From contig CAILMQ010000048.1 in the NCBI GenBank assembly GCA_903835385.1, forward strand, positions 1-60,466: a stretch of DNA of 60,466 bases, written 5' to 3'. This document shows, one piece after another, positions 47,501 to 56,794 of this stretch. This DNA is from an uncultured Candidatus Micrarchaeota archaeon. GTDB lineage: Archaea; Micrarchaeota; Micrarchaeia; Anstonellales; Bilamarchaeaceae. How positions within the stretch are numbered: the stretch's first letter is position 1; each line of letters starts with the position of its first letter. Below the pieces are notes generated by a model. That model was not told the DNA's origin. It did not search any database and saw only the letters and a list, made by a program, of their open reading frames with translations. A program made the translations under genes and the position numbers.

Positions 47501-48185
47501 GCAGAATCATCTCATATCCATCCATATTCGGGTCGTCTTCTTTGGTAGCGAATCGTGTATAGAATGGCATCAGAGAATCTCCGGGCTGAAGGTTTTGGGC
47601 TTCTTTGTATTCGCCGTTCCGCAGCATAAACCGATGATTCAGGGTGCAGCGTATTTTTTCTCCATTATCCAAAACCACCCTCATGATATTCGCATTCTTT
47701 AACGTGAGCCTCGGTTTCTGTATTCTGGCGATTTCTATTTTGCCTGTTTTGTTGTTCATGGCAAAGGTGTAATTTTCCTTGCCTGCGGAGTCTTCTTCTA
47801 TCAGTTCTTCAAAACTCAGGCTCCTGCCGTCTGTCAGGCGAATTTTCGTGTCCTTTGTGAAACAACCCATGTTTCCCTGGCCGTCCACAAGCGGGTAGCG
47901 CAGCGAGAACCACTGCGCCATGCGCACCAGCGAATCATACACCGCCATGTCACCGTGCGGGTGGTACTTGCCAAGAATCTCGCCGACTATGCGCGCGCTT
48001 TTCTTGTGGGGCTTGTCATGGTGGTTCGCAAGCTCGCTCATGCCGAAAAGTATCCTCCTGTGCACCGGCTTGAGCCCGTCCCGCGCATCGGGAATCGCCC
48101 TGCCGATTATGACGCTCATGGCGTAATCCAGGTAGCTCTCGCGCATGTCGTCCTCGATTGTCCTGGGTATTATGGTTTCCGCCAT
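44538..48185 (-). CDS. gyrA: DNA gyrase subunit A, intein-containing
   Basis: DGLKPVHRR, YHPHGD, AAMRYTE catalytic Tyr, GyrA-box QHRGGKG; alternative start 48194. Confidence 0.97.
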   Translation of the reverse strand: MAETIIPRTIEDDMRESYLDYAMSVIIGRAIPDARDGLKPVHRRILFGMSELANHHDKPHKKSARIVGEILGKYHPHGDMAVYDSLVRMAQWFSLRYPLVDGQGNMGCFTKDTKIRLTDGRSLSFEELIEEDSAGKENYTFAMNNKTGKIEIARIQKPRLTLKNANIMRVVLDNGEKIRCTLNHRFMLRNGEYKEAQNLQPGDSLMPFYTRFATKEDDPNMDGYEMILQPMEDEWGYTHCLSDEWNLNHGAYARSAGRIRHHINFNKLDNDPTNIKRMHWKEHWKTHYDLTSEKHKNDEEYRAKLAQGRKEFWANSVNKKKVSERTSKRNKENWKKPEYRELMRENLSRVNKEYIENHPEKRKEISERMTRTLKRLWQDAAYRESMKLKIIKGNENHTTNKTGKLKFLKVCKRISEDGKVICEESYETARNVVYPYGRATNWKTGLQTYFNNDSDLVLAELNKNHKVLKTEILEGREDVYDLTIDEIHNFALGAGVFVHNSIDGDNAAAMRYTEVRLAKIADDVLADLEKETVDWTDNFDGTLKEPVVMPSRIPNLLINGSSGIAVGMATNMPPHNITEIVDGAIAVIDGADEDRLLMMVSGPDFPTGGEIVGRAGILQAYKTGRGIIRVRGKAHVDAKRNAIVITEIPYQVTKTAIIEAIAEAVKVKRIEGISGVHDRSDKEGIEVLIDLKKGAIGEVVLNQIYAHTPLEGTFGIINLVLVGKQPRVLGLYPLLSEFIEFRKEVVRRRCVFELKQAEERAHILEGLRIALERIDAIVAFLKKTKDIAEARAGLMKAYSLSERQANAILDMKISRLVALERQKIEDEYGQLVKTIAWLKEVLADMGKILKIIKDELLEVKAKYGDKRRTVIVDVEDEVTAEELIPNDQVVVTISGRGYVKRVGLDEYRSQHRGGKGVVGTETKEQDFVQDVIVVRNHNHILFFTDKGRVFWLKAYRIPEAGRYASGKSLVNLLDLKEERVSSWIPVPEFKPDEYLVMVTKNGIVKRTSLEDFSHPRKTGIIAITLREGDQLVEVIKTDGNEELVIATKQGQAIRFDENDAREIGRAGMGVIGIRLKGKDDAVVGVASCKKYPSILTITENGYGKRTATGEYRLQGRGGSGVINMKTEGRNGAVVSVRGVQEGDEIIVISSKGQTIRSPVTGISVIGRNTQGVRIIRLQEEEGEKVASFAVVPKAEPVVGGVPGAADHAAGAQEQP
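46686..47864 (-). mobile_element. 393-aa intein with HNH homing endonuclease in gyrA
   Basis: Starts CFTKDT after DGQGNMG; block B CTLNH; ends VYDLTI..HNF...VFVHN before Ser; HHINFNKLDN...N...H; visibly more AT-rich than flanks. Confidence 0.93.
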
Positions 48186-48195
48186 TGCTCTCATC

Positions 48196-50085
48196 TCAGA
48201 TGTCGAGGTTCCTCACCTGTTTTGCGTATTGAACGATGAACTCCTTCCTGGGCTCCACCTCTTCGCCCATCAGCACGGAAAACAGCTTATCGGCTTCCAT
48301 CCCGTCCTCTATGTTCACCCTCTTGAGCGTGCGCCTTTCCGGGTCCATGGTGGTTTCCCAGAGCTGCTCCGGGTTCATCTCCCCCAGGCCCTTGTATCTC
48401 TGGATGTCCGCCTTTTCCCCGGATTGCGCGAGCACCTGCTGGAGCTCCTGGTCCGAATAGGCGTAGCGTATGCCCTTGCCCCTTTTTATCCGGTAAAGCG
48501 GGGGCGTTGCGATGTAAAGGTAGCCCTTCTCGATTATGGGCTTGAAGTGCCTGTAGAACAGCGTCAGGATGAGGGTCCTGATGTGGCTTCCGTCCACATC
48601 GGCATCGCTCGCGATTATGATTTTGTGATACCTGCATTTCGCAAGGTTGAAGTCCTCCCCGAATCCGGCGCCGACGGAAAGCACTATCGCCCTTATCCCC
48701 TCGGAGCTGAGCACCTTGTGCAGCGGCGCCTTCTCAACGTTCAGTATCTTTCCCTTCAAAGGAAGGATGGCCTGGTGCCTCCGGTCCCTGGACTGTTTTG
48801 AACTTCCGCCTGCGGAATCGCCTTCCACCAGGAAAATCTCGCTTTTCGCAGGGTCCTTTTCCTCGCAGTCCGCCAGCTTGCCCGGCAGTATGCTGGACTC
48901 GAACACGCTCTTGCGCCGGATGAGGTCCTTGGCCTTCTGGGCCGCCTCGCGCGCCTCCATGGAGTTCATGATTTTCTGCATTATAGCCCTGGAGTCCTGG
49001 GGGTTCTCCTCCATGTAGGTCTTGAGCGAGTCATAGGCCAGCGAATCCACTATGCCCTTGACCTCCGCATTGCCCAGCTTGGTCTTGGTCTGGCCCTCGA
49101 ACTGGGGCTCCGGTATCTTTATGCTTATTATCGCTGTCAGGCCCTCTAGCACGTCGTCTCCGGAGATGTGCTTGTCCTCCTTCAGGCTCTTGTGGCCCTT
49201 CACGTAGTCGTTTATCACCCTGGTGAGCGCGCTCTTGAAGCCGGCGACATGGGTGCCGCCCTCTATTGTCTTGATGTCATTGACGAACGAGTAGATGCTC
49301 TCCGAATAGCTGTCCGTGTACTGTATGGCCAGCTGGATTTCCACGCTGTCCGTGGTTTTCTGGATGTAAAACGGCGGGTGGAGCCTGCCCCTGGACTTGT
49401 TCAGGTATTCCACGAACTGCTTTATGCCGCCCTCGTAGTGGAACTCCTCCTGCTGGCCGGTTCTTTCGTCATTTATCGTGATTTTCAGGCCCGCGTTCAG
49501 GAACGCGAGCTCCATGACGCGCTCCCGCAGGTAGTTGTACTCGAACTCCGTAGCCTGGAAAATCTTCTGGTCAGGCTTGAACCTGACCGTGGTGCCGGTC
49601 CTGTTGGTGTCCCCGACGGCCTTGACTCCGCATTGCGGTATGCCCTTGGCATATGTTTGGAGCCATACCTTCCCGTCGCGGTGCACCTCCACGCTCATCT
49701 CGTCGCTGAGCGCATTGACCACCGACACTCCCACCCCGTGCAGGCCTCCGGACACCTTGTAGGCCTTTTTCTCGAACTTTCCGCCGGCGTGCAGTATGGT
49801 CATGACGACTTCCAGCGCGGACTTCCCGCTCGCGTGCCTTTCCACGGGAACGCCCCTTCCCTCGTCCATAACGGACACCGAGCCGTCGCTGTGTATGGTG
49901 ACGCCTATGTTCTTTCCGAAGCCGGCAAGGTGCTCGTCAATGGAGTTGTCCAGCACCTCGTACACCAGGTGGTGGAGCCCCCGTTTGCCCGTGTCGCCGA
50001 TGTACATGGCAGGCCTTTTCCGCACCGCTTCCAGGCCTTCCAGAATCTGTATGGATTCGGCTGTGTACCCGCTGTTATCCGCCAT
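48196..50085 (-). CDS. gyrB: DNA gyrase subunit B
   Basis: LEAVRKRPAMYIG, EVLDNSIDE, GGLHGVG, VEGDSAGG, DADVDG, KGLGEMNP. Confidence 0.97.
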   Translation of the reverse strand: MADNSGYTAESIQILEGLEAVRKRPAMYIGDTGKRGLHHLVYEVLDNSIDEHLAGFGKNIGVTIHSDGSVSVMDEGRGVPVERHASGKSALEVVMTILHAGGKFEKKAYKVSGGLHGVGVSVVNALSDEMSVEVHRDGKVWLQTYAKGIPQCGVKAVGDTNRTGTTVRFKPDQKIFQATEFEYNYLRERVMELAFLNAGLKITINDERTGQQEEFHYEGGIKQFVEYLNKSRGRLHPPFYIQKTTDSVEIQLAIQYTDSYSESIYSFVNDIKTIEGGTHVAGFKSALTRVINDYVKGHKSLKEDKHISGDDVLEGLTAIISIKIPEPQFEGQTKTKLGNAEVKGIVDSLAYDSLKTYMEENPQDSRAIMQKIMNSMEAREAAQKAKDLIRRKSVFESSILPGKLADCEEKDPAKSEIFLVEGDSAGGSSKQSRDRRHQAILPLKGKILNVEKAPLHKVLSSEGIRAIVLSVGAGFGEDFNLAKCRYHKIIIASDADVDGSHIRTLILTLFYRHFKPIIEKGYLYIATPPLYRIKRGKGIRYAYSDQELQQVLAQSGEKADIQRYKGLGEMNPEQLWETTMDPERRTLKRVNIEDGMEADKLFSVLMGEEVEPRKEFIVQYAKQVRNLDI

Positions 50086-50277
50086 AAAATTACCATTGAT
50101 TCTTTGTAGGATTTCACGTCGTAGAATTTGCGGTCCTTTTCACCGCGTATGCATATCGCAGCCAGGCTTTAAATAGGTTGCCGAACCGAACCGTTTTTCG
50201 GGCGCTAAAAGTAGCCAAAAATGGATGAAAGCGGTATGTTTTTAAACCTTGATTGCGTAATCCTAACTGGTGATATA

Positions 50278-50880
50278 TTGAGCAATCCAACTAATAAACC
50301 GCCGCCGACTGTCCAGCGCACTGTTTCCGCCGAAGACCTTGCGAAACAACGGAAAGGGCAGCCCAGATCAATAGGAGAAATGGCCCGTAGGTGGTCGCAG
50401 CGCCCGCCCCTGCAAGATGGGGCCGGGCCTTCGGAAGGGCAACCCTTAACAATCGCTGAAATGGTCGTTAGGTCGGCGCAGCGCCGTGCTGCGGGTGTTC
50501 CTTATACCCAAGGGATGCAGGTGAGCGATAACGGCGACAGGCACCCTCGTGTACCAGGCCCAGACCCGAATTTTGGTACCAGGCATCCTGAGCCGATGTC
50601 ACCCGAGATGGAAGCGGATGCACCCATATCGAGTAGTCTCGCGTCTGCGCTCGAGAGCTTTGACCCGGCAAACCACCGCGGGCCGCGGATTGCGCCTAAT
50701 TGGGGGCGGATGACAGACATGCTTGAAAAAGACAAGCGCTTGGATGGCGCTGACAGGTTCGTAATCAGCGTCCAACTGATAAGCGTCAAGCCCCTGCCGG
50801 GCGAAGCGCCCGGAGATACCGTGGCGCGAGTGGTGGAGCAATACCTGGCAGAGAAGGCAACTCCGAAGCCCGGGAAGTAA
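50278..50880 (+). CDS. Hypothetical Pro-rich protein
   Basis: TTTTTAAA at 50239, GGTGA SD, TTG start; internal repeat QPRSIGEMARR / QPLTIAEMVVR. Confidence 0.6.
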   Translation: MSNPTNKPPPTVQRTVSAEDLAKQRKGQPRSIGEMARRWSQRPPLQDGAGPSEGQPLTIAEMVVRSAQRRAAGVPYTQGMQVSDNGDRHPRVPGPDPNFGTRHPEPMSPEMEADAPISSSLASALESFDPANHRGPRIAPNWGRMTDMLEKDKRLDGADRFVISVQLISVKPLPGEAPGDTVARVVEQYLAEKATPKPGK

Positions 50881-50978
50881 AATACTTCCAATTCGCTTAT
50901 TTTTGTATTTTCAATCATCCAGTCCCAGCCATGCAAAATCCTAAAAATCCTCCCCGTCTATCTCCCTTGGGTCATTCA

Positions 50979-52292
50979 ATGTACTCAAAGCAGATACTCT
51001 CATTATTGAAAAAGAAGGGAATAGAAATCGGCGACGAGGTCAGGCTGGATTCGCCGAAAGGCGCTTTCATCGGTCTGCTCATGCCAAGGCCTGAAGGCGC
51101 AGAGGGTACATTCGTGATAAAACTGCCTAACGGCTACAACCTGGGCATTGACGCAAAGGGAGCGGAGCTTAGCCTGGTGAAGAAAAGCCAGCCTGCCAAG
51201 CCGCATGGAGCCGAACCCAAGGACAGGGGCGAAATCGCCATAATCGGCTGCGGCGGGACAATCGCGTCCAAGGTGGAATACCGGACCGGAGCCGTATATC
51301 CCGCGATATCACCACGCGAGATGAGGAACGCGTTTCCTGACGTGGACCGCATAGCCACCATACACACGAGGCAGCTTTTCGAGCTCTTTTCAGAGGACAT
51401 GGCAGCACCGCACTGGGCAATACTGGCAAAGGCAATCGCCGAAGAAGTGAAGGATGGCGCCAAAGGCGTGGTCGTAATGCACGGCACGGACACGATGTCC
51501 TATACTTCCGCCGCCATCTCGTTCATGCTCCAGGGCCTTCCGGTTCCGGTCGTGCTCACCGGAGCCCAAAGAAGCTCGGACAGGCCGTCCTCCGACAACA
51601 GGCTCAACCTGCTCAACTCGGTGTTTGCGGCCAAGCAGGACCTTGGCGAGGTCGGGGTGTGCATGCACGCAGGCCCGTCCGACGACATCTGCCACCTCCA
51701 CCGCGGCACCAGGGTGCGCAAGATGCACAGCTCGCGCAGGGACGCGTTCAAATCCATAAACTCGCCACCAATCGCGGTTCTGGACTACCGCTCGTCCGTT
51801 TTCAAGCCGCTCACACAGTACAAAAAGCGCTCTGCCCCAGGCTCCCTCAGGCTCGAAGCGAAGATATCGGACAACGTCGCCCTGATTCAGGTCCATCCGA
51901 ACATAAAGCCGAAATTCATCGCCTCGCTAAGTTCCTATGACGGAGTGGTGCTCATGGCAACGGGCCTGGGCCACATACCGACCAATCCGTTCAACGACAA
52001 GCACGCGACCCAGATCTTCCCCGCGGTCAGCGAGCTGATAGAATCAGGCATCCCGGTCGTGCTCGCGCCCCAGACCATCTACGGCAGGCTAAACCTCAAG
52101 GTATACACCAACGGCAGGCTGCTCCTGGACGCTGGCGTAATCGGAGACGGCATGGACTGGACTCCGGAATGCGCCTATGTGAAGCTGTGCTGGGTTCTTG
52201 GGCAGGCCAAGGACATGAAGAAGGTGAAGCAGCTCATGGAAACCGACCTTGCGGGCGAGATTGGCATCCGCAGCCCCTTGGAGGTGGATTGA
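50979..52292 (+). CDS. gatD: Glu-tRNA(Gln) amidotransferase subunit D
   Basis: KLPNGYNLGI N-domain, GGTIAS, HGTDTM, GAQRSSDRPSSD, RKMHSSRRDAF. Confidence 0.95.
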   Translation: MYSKQILSLLKKKGIEIGDEVRLDSPKGAFIGLLMPRPEGAEGTFVIKLPNGYNLGIDAKGAELSLVKKSQPAKPHGAEPKDRGEIAIIGCGGTIASKVEYRTGAVYPAISPREMRNAFPDVDRIATIHTRQLFELFSEDMAAPHWAILAKAIAEEVKDGAKGVVVMHGTDTMSYTSAAISFMLQGLPVPVVLTGAQRSSDRPSSDNRLNLLNSVFAAKQDLGEVGVCMHAGPSDDICHLHRGTRVRKMHSSRRDAFKSINSPPIAVLDYRSSVFKPLTQYKKRSAPGSLRLEAKISDNVALIQVHPNIKPKFIASLSSYDGVVLMATGLGHIPTNPFNDKHATQIFPAVSELIESGIPVVLAPQTIYGRLNLKVYTNGRLLLDAGVIGDGMDWTPECAYVKLCWVLGQAKDMKKVKQLMETDLAGEIGIRSPLEVD

Positions 52293-54092
52293 ATGGTGAA
52301 AATAGGCCTTGAAATCCACCAGCGGCTCGCCTGCGGAAAGCTTTTCTGCGCCTGCCCGTCCGACCTTGCAGAGCCGGAAGCAAAGCCGGACCTTGTCATA
52401 AGGCGCAGGCTCCACCCGGTTCTGAGCGAGATGGGCGAGATAGACGAGGCGTCCAAAGCCGAGTTCGGCAAGGGCAGGACATTCGCCTACCACGCGTTCA
52501 GAAGTTCCAACTGCCTCGTGGAAATAGACGAGGAGCCACCGCACAACATCAATCCAGACGCGCTCGCAATCGCCCTGGAACTGGCGCAGCACCTTGACAT
52601 GAAAACCGTGGACGAGCTCCACATCATGCGCAAGATGGTGATAGACGGCTCAAACACATCCGGGTTCCAGAGGACTGCCATAGCCGCATTCGACGGAAGG
52701 CTGGAAACTTCCCAGGGCCCCATCGGAATACCTTTGCTCGCAGTAGAGGAGGAAAGCGCGGGAATCGTGGGTTCCGAGGGCAGCGAGTCTGCGTACAGGC
52801 TCGACCGCTTGGGCATTCCGCTCGTGGAGATAACCACCACTCCGGACATAAAAAGCCCGGAGCACCTGCTTGAAGTCGCGGAAAAAATAGGCATGCTCAT
52901 GCGCGCAACAGGCAAGGTCGCCCGCGGCCTGGGCACAATAAGGCAGGACGTGAACATTTCCACGGAGCGCGGCGCGCGCGTGGAGATAAAGGGAGCGCAG
53001 GACCTGAAGATGCTCCCCCTTCTCGCGCAGAACGAGGTTAAGAGGCAGGACGGGCTGATCGCCATAATGGACGAATTACGAACGCGATTCAAAGGAAAGG
53101 TCATTTTGAATTGCATGCCCGTCGATGTAACCGATGCTCTCGCTTCCACCAAATCACCGCTCATATCAAAGGGGCTCGCTTCCGGGGCTTCGGTTTTCGG
53201 GCTTGTTTTGGAAAAGCATGCCGGGCTCATCGGCAGGGAAATCCAGCCAGGCAGGCGCTACGGCACCGAGCTTTCGGATTACGCGAAAACCGCGGGCGTG
53301 AAGGGAATCATACATTCGGACGAGGACATGGCCAAATACTCAATCACAGGGGAAGAGGCCGCGGCGCTCAGGCAGTCGCTCGGCATGAAGCAGGGCGACG
53401 CGTTCGTGCTTGTCGTGGCTCCTGCAGAGCAGGCCAAGGCCGCTCTCGCCAAGGCCCTGGAGCGCGCGAAAATGGATTTCATCCCTGCTGAGACCAGGAG
53501 GGCGAACCAGGACGGAACAACGAGCTACATGCGGCCGCTTCCTGGCAAGGCGAGGCTGTACCCGGAAACCGACGTCCCGCCGGTCAGGATAACAAAGGAG
53601 CTATTAGCCTCGGTTTCCAAGGGCGAGGGGCTGGAGGACAAGAAGGCGCGGCTTCTGAAGCTGCTTGGCAATGCCGAGATGGCGGACAGGATGCTGCGCT
53701 CGCGGAACCTCGCGCTTTTCGAGGGGCTGGTGAAGGATGGCGCCGACCCGACGCTCGTTGCCAACACGCTGGAGAGCACGCTCGTCTCGTTGAGGCGTGA
53801 AGGGGCGGAGGTCAGGGACCCCAATGCCATGCTGCCAGGGCTTTTCGCGCTCCATGCAAAGGGCGCGTTCGTGAAGGCGGCAATTCCGGACATTCTCAGG
53901 GAAATCGCAGGCGGAAAGGCACTGGCCGATGCCGTGAAAGACTACTCCATCATCAGCGGAAAGGAGCTGGAGAAAATAGCAAAGGAGCTGGGCTTTGACA
54001 TGAAGGCGATAATGTCCAAATACAGGACCAGGATTGACCCTAAGGAGCTCGAATCAATTCTGAGGAAGAAGAAACAGGAAAATAAGGAATGA
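52293..54092 (+). CDS. gatE: Glu-tRNA(Gln) amidotransferase subunit E
   Basis: GLEIHQ, RKMVIDGSNTSGFQRT, LDRLGIPLVEI, GTIRQDVN, RLYPETD. Confidence 0.96.
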   Translation: MVKIGLEIHQRLACGKLFCACPSDLAEPEAKPDLVIRRRLHPVLSEMGEIDEASKAEFGKGRTFAYHAFRSSNCLVEIDEEPPHNINPDALAIALELAQHLDMKTVDELHIMRKMVIDGSNTSGFQRTAIAAFDGRLETSQGPIGIPLLAVEEESAGIVGSEGSESAYRLDRLGIPLVEITTTPDIKSPEHLLEVAEKIGMLMRATGKVARGLGTIRQDVNISTERGARVEIKGAQDLKMLPLLAQNEVKRQDGLIAIMDELRTRFKGKVILNCMPVDVTDALASTKSPLISKGLASGASVFGLVLEKHAGLIGREIQPGRRYGTELSDYAKTAGVKGIIHSDEDMAKYSITGEEAAALRQSLGMKQGDAFVLVVAPAEQAKAALAKALERAKMDFIPAETRRANQDGTTSYMRPLPGKARLYPETDVPPVRITKELLASVSKGEGLEDKKARLLKLLGNAEMADRMLRSRNLALFEGLVKDGADPTLVANTLESTLVSLRREGAEVRDPNAMLPGLFALHAKGAFVKAAIPDILREIAGGKALADAVKDYSIISGKELEKIAKELGFDMKAIMSKYRTRIDPKELESILRKKKQENKE

Positions 54093-54115
54093 AAGAAAAA
54101 GGCCGGCTGATTCCT

Positions 54116-54625
54116 TCAGCTGCACGTGCCGATGATGTCCTTGGTGCTTATCTCACGAAGCCCGTATATGCCGCCCCTGTTATAGACGATATGCACGTTT
54201 GAGATGTCAAATGGCGCCCCGCTCGCGCCGCAATCGGCCATTCCGATGATGGCAACGGTTTTGGTTTCGCCAAATGCAAGCGTGATGTTCTGCGCGTAGG
54301 AGAGGCCGTTCGTGCCGGTTATGCCGGTGAACACAATTTCCTGGGCCTCACTTCCATCCTGTTGGATAGTCAGGTCCAGTTCCGTGCCGCTGTACTTCCA
54401 TGCAGTTATCGCGAACGGGGTTGTGCTTGCCCAAAAAGTCCTGCTCTCGCTTTCGCTCACGCCGCTTGCCACGCCTGCCGTGCTTCCGGGCCCGCTGCCC
54501 GAAGCGCTTGCGTTGCCTGCTACAGCTCCGTTCGTTGCGCTGGCGGCTGGAGCCGCGGGCCGCTGTCCTGTGCAGCCGAAAACCAGCAATCCTGTCAGAA
54601 TAATAACCAGAATTATTTTGTTCAT
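54116..54625 (-). CDS. Lipoprotein carrying a pilin-like globular domain
   Basis: Lipobox LLVFGC, Ala/Ser/Gly linker, then SGVSESESRTFW..PFAITAWKY shared with adjacent pilins. Confidence 0.8.
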   Translation of the reverse strand: MNKIILVIILTGLLVFGCTGQRPAAPAASATNGAVAGNASASGSGPGSTAGVASGVSESESRTFWASTTPFAITAWKYSGTELDLTIQQDGSEAQEIVFTGITGTNGLSYAQNITLAFGETKTVAIIGMADCGASGAPFDISNVHIVYNRGGIYGLREISTKDIIGTCS

Positions 54626-54745
54626 GTCATCCCCCGGATAACTTTTTCTAATGATATTTATGATAATTGGAATCGGAACAAGAGCGCTGCTGGGGAAGAG
54701 AAATAGAAAAATAAGGAATGAAAGAAAAAATATCAGCTGGTTCCT

Positions 54746-55201
54746 TCAGCTGCAGGAGCCGACCATGTCCTTGGCTCCATTCTGGTGGAGGTCCGAGATT
54801 GCGCCCTGGTCATAGGCTATTACGACGTTGGCGAAGTCGAACGTGCCGCTGCATGCGGTAGCTGCCGTAGCCGTAACGGTCCCAACCTGGCCCACGGCGT
54901 ACGTGGTTGCGTTCATGCTGGTGAGGAACGTGTTTGCGCCCCCAGTGCTGGTTATGGACTTCAGCGTGACCTGCTGCCCGGCCTGATTCTGGATCGTCAT
55001 CGTCAGGGTAGTGCCGTTGTACTTCCACGCGGTTATCGCAAACGGAGACACTCCAGCCCAATAATTCGCGCTCTGACTCGCGCTCACTCCGCTGCTAAGG
55101 GGAGACATGCCGCTGACCAGCGCCACGACGACGAGGGCAACGACGAGCACGACCGCCAGAATAACGAGATATTCTGTCGAAACCTGTCCTTTCCTAAACA
55201 T
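54746..55201 (-). CDS. Type IV pilin (class III signal peptide)
   Basis: RKG|QVSTEYLVILAVVL with +5 Glu; GGTGA SD. Confidence 0.9.
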   Translation of the reverse strand: MFRKGQVSTEYLVILAVVLVVALVVVALVSGMSPLSSGVSASQSANYWAGVSPFAITAWKYNGTTLTMTIQNQAGQQVTLKSITSTGGANTFLTSMNATTYAVGQVGTVTATAATACSGTFDFANVVIAYDQGAISDLHQNGAKDMVGSCS

Positions 55202-55276
55202 CATATCACCAAGGTTACTCCAACGAGTAGGTTTAAATGTTTTTCCAGAGGCCGCAAAACCCCACTTACCCATGGT

Positions 55277-55729
55277 TCAGCCGCACCTGCCGGCGATGTC
55301 CTTGTCTCCTTTCTGCAAAAAGCCGTCTATATGGCCCTTCGTATAGACCAGCGTCACGTTTGAGATGTCGTAGGACGTTCCGGTGGTTCCGCAGGCCGTC
55401 AGCCCGGTTACGGCAATCGCCTTGGCCTCGCCGACCGCGAACGTGCCTGGAGTCGTGTAGGACAAGCCCATCGTGCCGGTTATGCCGGTGAGCGTCACCA
55501 TCTGCCCCCCCTGGTTCTGGATGGTGAGGTCCAGCTCCGTGCCGGCGTACTTCCATGCCGTTATAGTGAACGGGGTCGCGCCCGCCCAATAGTCCCTGCT
55601 CTGGCTTTCGCTTATGCCGCTGCTGAGCGGGGACATGCCGCTGACCAGCCCGACAAGGACTAAGGCAACGGCGAGCACGACCGCCAGGACAACGAGATAC
55701 TCTGCCGAAACCTGTCCTTTCCTAAACAT
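55277..55729 (-). CDS. Type IV pilin (class III signal peptide), paralog
   Basis: RKG|QVSAEYLVVLAVVL; near-identical 5' DNA to 54746-55201. Confidence 0.9.
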   Translation of the reverse strand: MFRKGQVSAEYLVVLAVVLAVALVLVGLVSGMSPLSSGISESQSRDYWAGATPFTITAWKYAGTELDLTIQNQGGQMVTLTGITGTMGLSYTTPGTFAVGEAKAIAVTGLTACGTTGTSYDISNVTLVYTKGHIDGFLQKGDKDIAGRCG

Positions 55730-55777
55730 CCCACCACCCGTACTATTATGGAAGCAGACTTTTAAAAAGTGTCATTT

Positions 55778-56794
55778 TCAGGTCAGAGATGAAAGCATGC
55801 CGCCTATGAATATCCTGGACAGGAGGAACATCACTATGGACGAGACGATGAACAGGGGGGCGTATTTCACTCCGTCGAGCGCCCTCCCCGACATGAGCAC
55901 GCCGGCCAGGCAGGATACCAGTATGCTGGTCAGCACGAGCGAGAAATACCCCAGGTTGGTCATCTCCTCTGGAGTGACCAGGATTTCGCCGCCGAACATC
56001 GGGATTGCGCGGGAGACCCCGGTTCCGACGGTCGCGGTCTGCGCCTTCACCTGGAGGAACATGGTAATGAACTGGCCGGACAGGGAAAGCAGGAACGGCA
56101 TTATGATTATGACTATGAAGCCGAGGAATATGGCATAGGTGCGCGTGGATATCACGAGCTCGGCCTGCAGGTCGTGGATTTTCCTTATCTCCTCGGCCGA
56201 GGACACGAGCAGCGAGGCGAGCTTTCCGCCCGAGCGCACGCCCTTCTTGAAGACCACCACGACCCTGTGCAGGATGAGCGAGTCGAAACGTTTCGAGAGT
56301 TCGTCCAGCGCGTCGTTGAGCGACGCGGTGGCGCCCAGGTTGGAAGACGCCGCTACGACCTCGGCGGACAGTTCGCCGAACTCAGGCCTGGCCGCCCTGA
56401 CGAACGCCGTGAACGGGGTCATGCCCGCCCTCATGTTGGAAGCTATGAGCAGGAGGAAGTCCGGAAGCACCTTTTCCATCTTTTTCGCCCTGCTCCTTAT
56501 GGAGTAATACGTGTTGAGCTCGAGCGCGATGGCCGTGATTATGACTCCCACCAGGAAAAAGTCGAACGCGGAGATGTACTGCTGCGCGTCCCAGACCGAG
56601 CCGGTCTCGTGCACCAGGGCGGCATAAAGGGCGACGGCCACCGTGCCGTAGAGCAGGTAGAGCAGCAGCCAGCCGCCAGCCACCTCTATGGGGTCGGCGC
56701 GCACTCCGGAAAGCGAGAGTTCCCCCTTTATGTGGTTGATGAGGCCCTTCGGGGCCACGGATGCGAGCCTGCGGTAAGTCCTGGAGAGCTTCAT
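55778..56794 (-). CDS. Type IV pilus platform protein (T2SS F / TadC-like)
   Basis: LPDFLLLIASNMRAGMTP, FGELS, SGG, multiple TM. Confidence 0.9.
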   Translation of the reverse strand: MKLSRTYRRLASVAPKGLINHIKGELSLSGVRADPIEVAGGWLLLYLLYGTVAVALYAALVHETGSVWDAQQYISAFDFFLVGVIITAIALELNTYYSIRSRAKKMEKVLPDFLLLIASNMRAGMTPFTAFVRAARPEFGELSAEVVAASSNLGATASLNDALDELSKRFDSLILHRVVVVFKKGVRSGGKLASLLVSSAEEIRKIHDLQAELVISTRTYAIFLGFIVIIIMPFLLSLSGQFITMFLQVKAQTATVGTGVSRAIPMFGGEILVTPEEMTNLGYFSLVLTSILVSCLAGVLMSGRALDGVKYAPLFIVSSIVMFLLSRIFIGGMLSSLT

